Source: Candidatus Poribacteria bacterium
GTDB lineage: Bacteria; Poribacteria; WGA-4E; PCPOR2b
Direction: 5' to 3'
DNA length: 64,000 bases
Assembly: GCA_965116925.1 (NCBI GenBank)
Contig: OZ220744.1
Location: 3,136,001 to 3,200,000 of the forward strand
Position 1 is the stretch's first letter. Each line of letters opens with the position of its first letter. The translations under genes and the position numbers were made by a program. This document shows positions 1 to 9,601 of the stretch, piece after piece. Below the pieces are notes generated by a model. The model searched no databases, was not told the origin of the DNA, and saw only the letters and a list, made by a program, of their open reading frames with translations.

Positions 1-471
1 CCCGAACTTTCGCTGGAGGTCATGTGACCAAACCGCTTGCCCACTCGCAGCGTTCAGAGCATATAGTTTGCCGTGGGCACTGATCGTAAAGAGGAGATCT
101 CCGTCAATTGTCGGCGTGGCACGGGGCCCATTGCCGCCCTGACCCTCATGGTAATTCTTATCCGATCGGAAACGCCAGATTTCCGCTCCATCTGTGGCAT
201 TGAGACAGACGACAAACTCGTCGTCCCCTTTGGAGAACATCGTATAAACACGTCCCTGAGAGACAGAGATCCCCGAAAATCCCTCTCCAAGTGGAATCTT
301 CCAGAGCATTTTGGGACCATTCGGTGCCCACTCCTTCAGGAGTCCCACCTCATCGGAAACCCCATCGCGATTCGGACCCCGCCACTGAGGCCATTCCGTC
401 GCGCTAGTCATTAAAATACCACTACAAAACAATACAGATACAACCAAAAACACTATGATTCTTTTCATCAT
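1..471 (-). CDS. PQQ-binding-like beta-propeller protein, secreted (partial, runs off window start)
   Basis: Not in the ORF track. Hand translation from ATG 471: MMKRIIVFLVVSVLFCSGILMTSATEWPQWRGPNRDG...GPRATPTIDGD...LYALNAASG; signal peptide plus WPQWRGP motif. Confidence 0.85.
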   Translation of the reverse strand, partial: MMKRIIVFLVVSVLFCSGILMTSATEWPQWRGPNRDGVSDEVGLLKEWAPNGPKMLWKIPLGEGFSGISVSQGRVYTMFSKGDDEFVVCLNATDGAEIWRFRSDKNYHEGQGGNGPRATPTIDGDLLFTISAHGKLYALNAASGQAVWSHDLQRKFG

Positions 472-496
472 AACCTCGCATTCTAAAAATTTTTGT

Positions 497-2218
497 TCAT
501 TGATTTTCGTCCATTAACCGATGTTCCTGACAATAAGTGCGGATGATAGGCAAAAAGACATCGGCATATTTCTCAACTTTCGCGGTGCCAACACCGAGAA
601 TTTGCATGAATGCTTCCACCGATTGGGGTAATTGAGCAGCCATCTCCTGTAACGTTCTGTCATGAAAAACAACATACGGTGGTACATGTTCAGCGTCCGC
701 TAACTCTCTGCGCGTTGCGCGAAGCTGCTCAAAGAGCTCATCGTTATATCCGTTCGATTTTTCGGTCGTCGTATCACTCGGTTCTTCAGTGATAGGCTCT
801 GCTGAATTTACCGGAAATCCGCAGAATTGCTCTTCGTTTCTGAGCACTGCCCAACCCCTCTGCGTCAAACGAAGACTCCCATGTTGCGGATCTCTATTAA
901 GCAGCCCATGCTGGAGGAATTGTAGTGCTAGACGTTTCCACTGTTCTTTGCTGTACTCTGTACCGATGCCGTAGACGGAGAGTTTATCGGCTCTGTTTTC
1001 AATCACCTTTTGCGCCTTTGATCCGCGTAGGACATCAATAATATATGCTTCCCCAAAAATCTGTTTTGTCCTAACAACACATGATAGAAATTTTTGAGCC
1101 GGTATCGTCAAGTCAACTCGCTCCGTCTCCACGTTGCGACAGTTGTCACACATTCCACAATTCTGATTTTCGTATTCCTCTCCGAAATACGCCAATAACC
1201 CTTTGCGGCGGCATTCTATGGAAGTTGCCCAATCAACAAGCGTCTGCAATCGTTCCAACCGTCCCTCCTGTTCGGACGGTGCACCTTGATCGATAAAATG
1301 GTGGATGGTATCCACATCGCCATAGCTAAAAAGTAAGAGACACTCCGCCCTATTCCCATCTCGTCCTGCGCGTCCAATCTCCTGATAGTAAGATTCAGGC
1401 TCCTTTGGCAAGCCCGCATGTAACACGAAACGCACATCCTCTTTGTCAATTCCCATTCCGAACGCAATTGTTGCGACTACCACTTGGGGGACACCGTTGA
1501 TAAATGCTTCCTGATTCTGCCTACGGATCTCGCTATCCAAGTCTGCATGATAGGGAAGTGCCGAAATCCCATGTTCGATTAACTCACGAGACAGCGATTC
1601 AACCTGTCTCTTCGTCTGACAGTAGATAATGCCGGATTCATCACGATGGGCATTGAGAAACGCCAGCGTCTGATTGGACGAATCAATCTTCGGTTCAACG
1701 GCGATGAAGAGATTTTCTCTGTCAAAACTGGCAATGAATTCACTGCCCTCCCGAATCTTGAGCGATTGTTTGATATCCTCACGAACCCGCGGTGTCGCTG
1801 TAGCTGTCAATGCAACGCAGACAGCGTTTGCGAATCGCTCCCGAACGGAAACCAGTTGTCTATACTCCGGACGAAAGTCGTGCCCCCACTGTGAAATACA
1901 GTGGGCTTCATCAATCGCAAGGCATGACACATTCGATTCATCAAGCATCAGCAGAATTTCAGGTCGCATGAGCGTTTCGGGCGCAACGTAAAGCAGCTTG
2001 ACTTCACCCCGTTTGACACGTTGCATCGTAGCAACATATTCTGGATGACTGAGGGTGCTGTTGAGAAAAACAGCATGGATACCTCGCTGCTGCAACTGCA
2101 TCACCTGGTCCTGCATAAGTGAAATCAGCGGAGATACGACAACGGTTACTCCATCGAAGATAAGGGCGGGCAGCTGGTAGCAGAGCGACTTTCCACCCCC
2201 TGTCGGCAGTACAATCAA
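497..2218 (-). CDS. recQ: RecQ family DNA helicase (helicase core, RQC, HRDC); N-terminal Q-motif lies in the upstream frame
   Basis: PTGGGKS, DEAHCISQWGHDFRP, TATAT, QEIGRAGRDG, CRR...CGMCDNC Zn module, C-terminal HRDC (LFEQLRATRRELA..VPPYVVF). Confidence 0.93.
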   Translation of the reverse strand: MIVLPTGGGKSLCYQLPALIFDGVTVVVSPLISLMQDQVMQLQQRGIHAVFLNSTLSHPEYVATMQRVKRGEVKLLYVAPETLMRPEILLMLDESNVSCLAIDEAHCISQWGHDFRPEYRQLVSVRERFANAVCVALTATATPRVREDIKQSLKIREGSEFIASFDRENLFIAVEPKIDSSNQTLAFLNAHRDESGIIYCQTKRQVESLSRELIEHGISALPYHADLDSEIRRQNQEAFINGVPQVVVATIAFGMGIDKEDVRFVLHAGLPKEPESYYQEIGRAGRDGNRAECLLLFSYGDVDTIHHFIDQGAPSEQEGRLERLQTLVDWATSIECRRKGLLAYFGEEYENQNCGMCDNCRNVETERVDLTIPAQKFLSCVVRTKQIFGEAYIIDVLRGSKAQKVIENRADKLSVYGIGTEYSKEQWKRLALQFLQHGLLNRDPQHGSLRLTQRGWAVLRNEEQFCGFPVNSAEPITEEPSDTTTEKSNGYNDELFEQLRATRRELADAEHVPPYVVFHDRTLQEMAAQLPQSVEAFMQILGVGTAKVEKYADVFLPIIRTYCQEHRLMDENQ

Positions 2219-2985
2219 GGCATCGGCCGGTTGAGGATATGGTTGATGATTTGCTCCTGTAATGGTCGGAACTCCTCATGCCCAAAAACGTTTTTGAGAA
2301 TCTCCAAGGGCGTTTGAAGCAGCATTTGAGGTAGGGGAGATTCCATTTCAATGGAACGTTTAGGGGCTTCTGTGAGAAACCAGCCAGAAAGTTGCGCGTA
2401 GCAGCATTCTTCTGCATCCGGCGTATCTTCCGGTCGCCACCAATGTGCCAGCGAGACCCGTAGGAGCGTGCCCGCGGGAATGACTTCAAGCGGTTCTTGG
2501 AAACCGACAAAGGTGAACGTGCAACCACCATTTTCGTTAGGGTAGCGATACCGCACACGCTTCCCTGCCGTGTCACGGATAAGCGGCTGATCCGGTCGCC
2601 AGAACGTTGTACTGTAGGGAGGAACGCCGCTCTGCTTGGCGATATAGAGCGCGCCACTTCCTGTTGATTGCAACAAACCCTCATAAAGCACCGTTGGATC
2701 CCCGCTTTTCGCCGGCATCAAGAGCTCAATAGCACCTTCCAACTCTTTTGTGGTCAGAAGATGCTGCTTTTTGTAGACAACAATGTTTTCGTTATGCGGC
2801 GGAATTAGAGACGTTGCTGGCTTAGAGGAAATCTCCCAAACATCTCCGACCTCGTATTCTCGATTGGCACCGTCATGCGGATCCTCGTTAAACGGGATGA
2901 GCCGGACGCTTTCACCATCCTCTGTGATCGCGCCAATACACGCACCGCCACCCATTCGAGTTTTAGCGACAATCAAGACTTTCAT
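2215..2985 (-). CDS. Dual OB-fold domain protein with RecQ N-terminus at its C-end
   Basis: MKVLIVAKTRMGGGACIG..VRL..PPHNEN resembles the dual-OB family found with DUF488; the tail LKNVFGHEEFRPLQEQII is RecQ motif 0. Confidence 0.7.
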   Translation of the reverse strand: MKVLIVAKTRMGGGACIGAITEDGESVRLIPFNEDPHDGANREYEVGDVWEISSKPATSLIPPHNENIVVYKKQHLLTTKELEGAIELLMPAKSGDPTVLYEGLLQSTGSGALYIAKQSGVPPYSTTFWRPDQPLIRDTAGKRVRYRYPNENGGCTFTFVGFQEPLEVIPAGTLLRVSLAHWWRPEDTPDAEECCYAQLSGWFLTEAPKRSIEMESPLPQMLLQTPLEILKNVFGHEEFRPLQEQIINHILNRPMP

Positions 2986-3470
2986 GGCAGAATATCCTCA
3001 ACTTCCAAATTGAGCACTTGCATCAATTTATCCGCTACCAGCGAGCGGTGACATGCTTCGGGAGCTTTTTCAACGCAAAAGAGAGCCACAACCTGTGCAC
3101 CCTCTTCAAGGTCATCCAGCAAGCTATGTGGATCAAATCCTGCGAGACATTCGGTGCGGTACGCCGTAATAAACTCTTCTCCCAATGCCGTGCGTTTGCG
3201 TTTGGCGGTTTTCGTCACTTTATCCGCCGCGGCTTGCCTGTCGCGGACCGCTTGCGTTGGCGCGAGGTCTTTACGATAGAGGTAGCGGATACCGAGTTCT
3301 GCAAGCCGTGCTTGCAAACGCAGACTGTTAACAAAAGCGTAAGTTGAACCACGTACACCCCGCCGGCTACGAATATCACAAAAGGTATCGACCTTTGCCT
3401 TGCATAAAGCGTCAAAGAAACTATTTTCGTCAAACCCATATACACCGATGGTGACAATTTTAGGTTTCAT
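2982..3470 (-). CDS. DUF488 family protein
   Basis: TIG..DIR..LFCVEKAPEACHRS; ATGA overlap with the downstream gene. Confidence 0.85.
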   Translation of the reverse strand: MKPKIVTIGVYGFDENSFFDALCKAKVDTFCDIRSRRGVRGSTYAFVNSLRLQARLAELGIRYLYRKDLAPTQAVRDRQAAADKVTKTAKRKRTALGEEFITAYRTECLAGFDPHSLLDDLEEGAQVVALFCVEKAPEACHRSLVADKLMQVLNLEVEDILP

Positions 3471-3476
3471 CGTGAA

Positions 3477-4034
3477 TTACCGATAGCCCTTGCGCGAGTG
3501 GAATGTGTGTTCACCAAACAGGAGCATTTGTCCTTTTGTCAGACGCTCAATAACGTTATCCTGTGTCTGCTGCTCGTCGTTTTCGTCAATGTGAATCACG
3601 GAGATAGCCTCCGCATCAAGCGATGCTCCGATGAGTTTGCTCCGATGGCACTGCTCCGGCTTTCCCTCGCTGCACATGAGCGCAACACATTGTTGTTGAG
3701 CAAAGGCGGTTTGGAGACGTACAATCCCGCTCTGGTAGCTTTCGGTATCCTTCACCTTTTCGTAGTCTACCTGACCTTTTTCATCATAACAAGTTTCGTC
3801 GTCGGGGTGCCCGCCCAGCGTATCGCCCATGAACACATACCGAATCTGGTGCCGCTGCAGTTCCCCCTCTAGTGCCTCTTTGGAGAAGTCAGGTTTATAC
3901 CGAGAATAGGGGGTTGAGCGCACATCAATAAGGTAGGCGATTTTATGGTGTTGTAGCACTTCGATGAATTGCTCAATCGAACGACTACCGTAACCGATAG
4001 TGTAAATGGGGATAGAATCTTGTAATTTTTCCAT
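3477..4034 (-). CDS. DUF488 family protein
   Basis: IYTIGYGSR, LIDVRSTPYS, LGG, ALMCSEGKPEQCHRS. Confidence 0.9.
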   Translation of the reverse strand: MEKLQDSIPIYTIGYGSRSIEQFIEVLQHHKIAYLIDVRSTPYSRYKPDFSKEALEGELQRHQIRYVFMGDTLGGHPDDETCYDEKGQVDYEKVKDTESYQSGIVRLQTAFAQQQCVALMCSEGKPEQCHRSKLIGASLDAEAISVIHIDENDEQQTQDNVIERLTKGQMLLFGEHTFHSRKGYR

Positions 4035-4293
4035 GACGAGTCGATATTATGGCACAGCCTCCAAAGAAAGACAACAGAATCCTACAAGCGATAGAAAATT
4101 CTTGCCTTCTGTTACGGGATTTGTTACTCTAATCTAAGTTACTAGAGCGTATTGACGTTTCGCTGTTACCAACTCGGTTTTTGGTAGATTTCTCAAAGGA
4201 GTAGCCCCGTTCTATTGTACCGTCGTATGCCTCATGGTTACGGCATACAGCGTATACCTACCACTCTGTGACAACTTACACTAGAGGGTAACT

Positions 4294-5298
4294 ATGGAAT
4301 CTCCCCAAATCACACAAGATCAGATCCAACAACGCTGCACAAAGCAGAGTTTCACGCGCGGCTTAGAATACTTTCACGACGACGCAATTGGTGATCCGAC
4401 CCTCCATGGCTACACCCTATCAGCAACATGCGAGGGCACAGACATAGACCCGTATCACGTGACTGTAGAATTAATGTCAACAGGGATTTCTTCCGCCTAC
4501 TGTTCGTGTCCATACGATTGGGAGGGGGATTGTAAACACATTGTTGCACTCCTATTGACCTACGTTGACACGCCGGACACCATTCTTTCCCTTGAACCCC
4601 TGTTTGCCACACTTGAGGCACAACCTAAGTCAAGCCTGTTACAGATTATTTCTGAGATGCTCAAATACGCACCGGAACTGGTGCCCATTGTACAGGCATA
4701 CTCAGACACTCCCGGCACCCTACGGGAATCCGGATCGCCTCCGCTCGTCGCGGTCTACCAGGAACAGATTAATAGTATCTTTAGGGACAATTTTATCGAA
4801 CAGCATCAATTTGATCGCGGATTCACTCAACTTGAAGTGCTGCAACAGAAGGCGGAGTTACTTGGACAGCAGGGCAAAGCGGAGCAAGCACTGTCAATCC
4901 TTCACGCGCTAATACACCAATCTGTCGTGCACTACTCCGACACCTCCCAGAAAAATGGATTGCTCGAATTCGTCGAGGAATGCTTAATCTCGTTCGCAGA
5001 AATCGCTGTAGATGCGCCCGAGTCGATTACCATCCTTGAACACTGCCGAATGATGTTGCGATTGAGTTTTGATGCAGAACAGGTCTTCACGCCACTGCTG
5101 ACATCTTCTCTGGAAGAGCTCTGTTGGAGACAAGAGGTAGCAGACCTACCAGCAGCGATTGAACAGGATCTTATTGAACAAGGTCTTGATAAGAGCCCAG
5201 ACCGACAAGCGCATGTTCAGCTCCTGCTCACGTTGTATTTTCAAACAGATCGGATTGAAGATTACCACCGACTCGCCCAATCCGAAGAGGCGGGATAG
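4294..5298 (+). CDS. SWIM zinc finger protein
   Basis: RGLEY, CSCPYDWEGDCKHIVALL (CxC..CxH); GAGG RBS. Confidence 0.8.
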   Translation: MESPQITQDQIQQRCTKQSFTRGLEYFHDDAIGDPTLHGYTLSATCEGTDIDPYHVTVELMSTGISSAYCSCPYDWEGDCKHIVALLLTYVDTPDTILSLEPLFATLEAQPKSSLLQIISEMLKYAPELVPIVQAYSDTPGTLRESGSPPLVAVYQEQINSIFRDNFIEQHQFDRGFTQLEVLQQKAELLGQQGKAEQALSILHALIHQSVVHYSDTSQKNGLLEFVEECLISFAEIAVDAPESITILEHCRMMLRLSFDAEQVFTPLLTSSLEELCWRQEVADLPAAIEQDLIEQGLDKSPDRQAHVQLLLTLYFQTDRIEDYHRLAQSEEAG

Positions 5299-5375
5299 CA
5301 GCTGATATACGCTTTTTGCATTCCGGCTAACGGAGTTGATATGGAGGGCACTTCAAACATATAAAGGAGGAAATT

Positions 5376-6050
5376 ATGAAAGACAGTTTGCAGAATATCG
5401 TTGACATTCTCGCTGAACCGAGTGCCGCGTTTACACACCTCAAATCGGAGCCGAAGTGGGGATTGGCAATCGTCATCTTGTGTCTGTTTGCTGTTGGGAT
5501 TGCGTGGGCAATGTTTCCTTTTACCGCCCAGATAATGGTCCAAACAATGATGGAAACAGGAGTGTCCGCTGAACAAATTGAAATCTCCACAAAAATTGGT
5601 CAAATATTTGGTCTTATTGGTTCACTTGTTGCACCGATTATTTGGCTCCTCGCTATAAGTGCGATACTGACCCTAGCAGGGCGGCTTCTCGCAATAGATG
5701 ATGCGATAAGATTTAAACACATCTTCGCAGCTGTCGTGCATACCTCATTGATCAGCTTCCTAATAGCCCTAGCCAATACAGCATTGCTAGCTGTCCTTAG
5801 AGATGTTGAAGAAATCAAAAACGCAGCCGATCTGAAAATGATTCCAGGGTTACATCTACTACTGGGCGCAAGCCAAAACGTCAAGTTGCTAACGTTTCTG
5901 AGTTACTTTAATCCCTTGAGTTTATGGTATCTCGCCGTACTAGCGATAGGCGTCCGCGTTTTCGCCGATACGGATAAAACTAAAGCATGTTTTTGGGCAA
6001 TTATTATCTGGCTCCTCGGTATTGTCCCAGAGGCTATATTTGTGTCTTAA
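5376..6050 (+). CDS. Yip1-like membrane protein
   Basis: Five hydrophobic segments, N-terminal ILAEPSAAF pattern, AGGAGG RBS. Confidence 0.7.
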   Translation: MKDSLQNIVDILAEPSAAFTHLKSEPKWGLAIVILCLFAVGIAWAMFPFTAQIMVQTMMETGVSAEQIEISTKIGQIFGLIGSLVAPIIWLLAISAILTLAGRLLAIDDAIRFKHIFAAVVHTSLISFLIALANTALLAVLRDVEEIKNAADLKMIPGLHLLLGASQNVKLLTFLSYFNPLSLWYLAVLAIGVRVFADTDKTKACFWAIIIWLLGIVPEAIFVS

Positions 6051-6057
6051 CCCGTCC

Positions 6058-7404
6058 TTACGTATATCGCGCATTCTGATATTTAGGAGCATAAAACTCC
6101 GGCAACAACCCGTCAACCCGGAGCAAGCCCTTTCGTGTCAACGTCACAGCATCTTCGTCGAAGGTCAGCAGTCCTTCATTTTGCAGTCTTTGGTAAATTG
6201 AACCAAACACCTCCAAAATATCGGCATCAAATCTCTCACGGAAATGGGCTGTCTCTATTTTTCCTAACTTCAGTTGCAGAATCATCTCTCGCGTCAGACG
6301 TTCCTCCGACGTGGTGGGAAACGCCCGATCCAACGGCAACTGATTCTTATGGAGCGAATCAATATATTCATCCCAACTCGCCGCATTTTGGAAATGGACA
6401 CCACTCATGTGAGAGAAAGAGGCAACACCTGTGCCCAGCATATCGCTACCGCGCCAGACAGCATCCCGATAAACGAACTTCCCCGACTTATCCTGTTTCA
6501 CCATTGTATACGCGCTTGACATCTTATAATCAGCGGCTGCCATCTGCTCAAACGCATAGTGATGCCATTCCCGTTTCGTTTTCCAATCCGCTACGAACAG
6601 ATCTTTGCCGCCAAAAATGTCCTTTGAGTAAACGGTATTAAACGGCAACTCCATCTGATAAACGGTAATGCTGTCAGGGTTCAGATCGATGGTTTTTTGA
6701 ACGGTATCCCGCCAACTGTCCCACGTTTCTCCCACCATTCCCGCAATCAGATCTATGTTCACCTGATCAAAATCAAGATCATCAATCCACGGTGCCACCC
6801 GATACACCTCTTTGGAAAGGTGTGCCCGCCCATTCTCCGCCAAGATGTCATCATTAAGATTTTCAACGCCGAGGCTCAACCGCGTAACACCAATCTCTTT
6901 AATCGCCTCTAGTTTCCCTTGCGTCAACGTCCCCGGCTCACATTCAAAAGCTACCTCCTCAGCACTATCCCAAGGCAGTGTCGCTTTTACCCGTCTAACA
7001 AGTGCTTTTAAGTGGTTGCTGCTGATGTAAGAAGGTGTACCGCCGCCGAAATAAACAAAATGCAGCGGTCGATCCGCTACGGATGGAAGTTCGCTGTAAA
7101 GTTCAACCTCCCTGCCCAACGCATCAAGATAGGTCTGAATATCGGAACTGTTTTTATCTGTGTAAACCCGGAAGTAACAGAACTTACACCGTTTGCGACA
7201 GAACGGGATATGCAAATACAGTCCTAAAGTGGCTTCCGGCCTTGGTGGGGAATTCAGGGCGTTTGTCGCGTCCGGGACATATTCTTTTCCCCAGAATGAA
7301 TACGGCGGATAGTTTGAAACAAAAACGCTGCCGACCTCTGTGTCCTTTGCGTCAGTCCGCGTTGTCGCCGGTTCAGGCGTCGCTGTTTTTAATTGTTCAC
7401 TCAC
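6058..7404 (-). CDS. HemN-like (class C) radical SAM enzyme
   Basis: LYLHIPFCRKRCKFCYF (CxxxCxxC), YFGGGTPS, RLSLGV, NIDLIAG; overlaps the upstream gene. Confidence 0.9.
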   Translation of the reverse strand: MSEQLKTATPEPATTRTDAKDTEVGSVFVSNYPPYSFWGKEYVPDATNALNSPPRPEATLGLYLHIPFCRKRCKFCYFRVYTDKNSSDIQTYLDALGREVELYSELPSVADRPLHFVYFGGGTPSYISSNHLKALVRRVKATLPWDSAEEVAFECEPGTLTQGKLEAIKEIGVTRLSLGVENLNDDILAENGRAHLSKEVYRVAPWIDDLDFDQVNIDLIAGMVGETWDSWRDTVQKTIDLNPDSITVYQMELPFNTVYSKDIFGGKDLFVADWKTKREWHHYAFEQMAAADYKMSSAYTMVKQDKSGKFVYRDAVWRGSDMLGTGVASFSHMSGVHFQNAASWDEYIDSLHKNQLPLDRAFPTTSEERLTREMILQLKLGKIETAHFRERFDADILEVFGSIYQRLQNEGLLTFDEDAVTLTRKGLLRVDGLLPEFYAPKYQNARYT

Positions 7405-8590
7405 GGTTTACTCCCCTTTCTCCAAAGCAGTATATTCTACCATCGTCCGCACCAATCACCAGTTTTCCAGTCACAACGCTCGGAGAAGCAATAATGGCTG
7501 CGCCGATTACAAATTCCCAGACTTTCTCACCCGAATTAAGATTCAACGCAACGAGTTCTCCACCCATCGTCCCAAAGAATACGCGCTCACCGACAATCAC
7601 CGGAGAGGAATCCACCCGCGATTTGGCGGGATATGTCCAAAGCAGTTCTCCGGTCTGCGGGTTCAGCGCGTGAACCATCTTGTCGCGCCCCCCAATCACA
7701 ACTATATCCGCTGTCACAGCCGCCGAAGCGTAGAATGGGAAATTCCGGTCCGGGTGTTCATACCACCAAAGAATTTCCGAACTTTCCAATCCTGCACACA
7801 ACACCTGATTCCCAAACGTTCCTGCATACGCCCGGTTGTTCAGAATAGCAGGACTGGCAGCAACATAGTCACCCAACGCAATCTTTTGCTGTTCCACACC
7901 GTCAGCGATATTGATGCGGCGCAGATAACCGTCGCACCCTGAAATAACAACCGCACCGTTGATTATCGCCGGTGTACCATGGACGTATCCCTCGGTCTCC
8001 AACTTCCAAACTAACGAACCATCTTCGGCAGAGAGACAATAAAGGAATTGGTCGTAGGAGCCAAACAACAGGCGATTTTGAGCGACATTGGCAGAGGAGA
8101 TAATTTCAGCATCGGTTTCAAAAGTCCATCTGGATTCACCCGTTTGGGCATCTACTGCATGAAAAATACCCATGCCATCGCCAAAGTATACCACATCCCT
8201 GAATACAGTGGGGGAAGATTTAATCTCTCCGGATCCCTGATACCTCCACTTTAATCCCCCATTTTCAAGGTTGGTGGCGTAGAGATAGCCATCTAAAGAT
8301 CCGACATAAACCGTTCCCGCTGCAATAGCAGCAGTCGACTCGATTGCATCTTCCGTCTCGAATGCCCAGAGCAATTCGAGGTTATCAGGCAGTTTACTGG
8401 TAGCAACACCAGTGAGTTGAGGGTTGCCCCGAAAGCTGAGCCAATCGTCAGCGGAGGCTCGGCTCTGTCCAATAGAATGAATCAGAATATAGCTGAAAAA
8501 AATGTAAAACGTGAAACGTGAAACGTGAAACGTGATTCGTATTGCGCTTTGTATTTTAATAACCCAAATTGCTAGATTTTGAAAATCCAT
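7397..8590 (-). CDS. PQQ-binding-like beta-propeller protein (BamB-like fold); start uncertain
   Basis: WLSFRGNPQLTG then repeated SSP..V..G..DG..A.....G...W blades. Confidence 0.88.
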   Translation of the reverse strand: MDFQNLAIWVIKIQSAIRITFHVSRFTFYIFFSYILIHSIGQSRASADDWLSFRGNPQLTGVATSKLPDNLELLWAFETEDAIESTAAIAAGTVYVGSLDGYLYATNLENGGLKWRYQGSGEIKSSPTVFRDVVYFGDGMGIFHAVDAQTGESRWTFETDAEIISSANVAQNRLLFGSYDQFLYCLSAEDGSLVWKLETEGYVHGTPAIINGAVVISGCDGYLRRINIADGVEQQKIALGDYVAASPAILNNRAYAGTFGNQVLCAGLESSEILWWYEHPDRNFPFYASAAVTADIVVIGGRDKMVHALNPQTGELLWTYPAKSRVDSSPVIVGERVFFGTMGGELVALNLNSGEKVWEFVIGAAIIASPSVVTGKLVIGADDGRIYCFGERGVNRE

Positions 8591-9213
8591 TGGTTGCCTG
8601 TTAAAGTTGAAGGACTCTGCCTTTCGCTCCAGAGGAGCGATATGTCTATAGCAGAGCTTTGATATTCGACAGTAGCAATCCCCTCGTGGGGACAGGTTCC
8701 ATGAAGTTTAAGTATTTAAATCGGTAATCCTATTTTCCTCCAAACATACGGTAGGCGCGGTTTGCAACCGCGCCGGCGTCGCTAGCAAATTACCGAACTG
8801 TTTTTTTAATTTTCATCCAACCTGTCCTTGCCCTAGGTTGACGCAAGTTGCTAGGTTCTGTTGACTGGTCCGTTGGTTGCCTATTAAAGTTGAAGGACTC
8901 TGCCTTTTGCTCCAGAGGAGCGATATATCTATAGAAACGCGACACCTACAAGTCTCACGCTCCAGAGGAGCGATATGTCTATAGCAGAGCTTTGGTATTC
9001 GACAGTACCAATCCCTTCGTAGGGACAGGTTTCATGAAGTTTAAGTATTTAAATCGGTAATCCCGATTTTCCTCGAAACACCCGGTAGGCGCGGTTTTCA
9101 ACCGCGCCGGTGTCGATAACAAATTACCGAACTGTTTTTTTTATCTTCATCCAACCTGTCCTTGCCCTAGGTTAACGCAAGTTGCTAGGTTCTGTTGACT
9201 GGTCCGTTGGTTG
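8591..9213. repeat. Tandem duplication (about 283 bp and 340 bp units) of a composite REP/MITE cassette
   Basis: Both units start TGGTTGCCT.TTAAAGTTGAAGGACTCTGCC and end GTTCTGTTGACTGGTCCGT; each carries an ATGAA...TTCAT element. Confidence 0.9.
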
Positions 9214-9601
9214 GGTTGAACGGTTAACCGTCAATCCCTATCAAGTCCAATAGAGGCTCCGTTGTCCAACAACATCTGCTTATAGAAAGATACAGTGAAA
9301 CCCAACTCCGTTTGTCATCGGGACGCTGCCTGTGCAAAAAACTGTTTCGTAAAAGTGCGCTTTTGTACCACGATCTGTTAGATTGTGATACCAGTTCGCG
9401 CTACTTATGGCAAATTGCCTGATGATTACAGCATTTGCCGAATAAGCAGCATCAAAATGTCAACACGCCCTAATCAATAAACCAAGCCCCAGAAATCGGC
9501 GCAATAGTCGGGAATTGGAATTCCCTCCTACAGAAAACGGACGGTAAGGGGCGTACCCTCCGAATCGCGACTGGCTTGACTCAACTGTGTAAGTCCTAAT
9601 A

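Noticed and set aside
54..414. Track ORFs 54-320 (-) and 73-414 (+)
   Set aside because: Shadow frames of the real minus-strand propeller gene starting at 471
8591..9213. Possible CRISPR array in the repeat-rich spacers (also 30281-30614 and 34860-35905)
   Set aside because: No regular repeat-spacer periodicity with unique spacers and no cas genes; these are tandem and nested REP/MITE units
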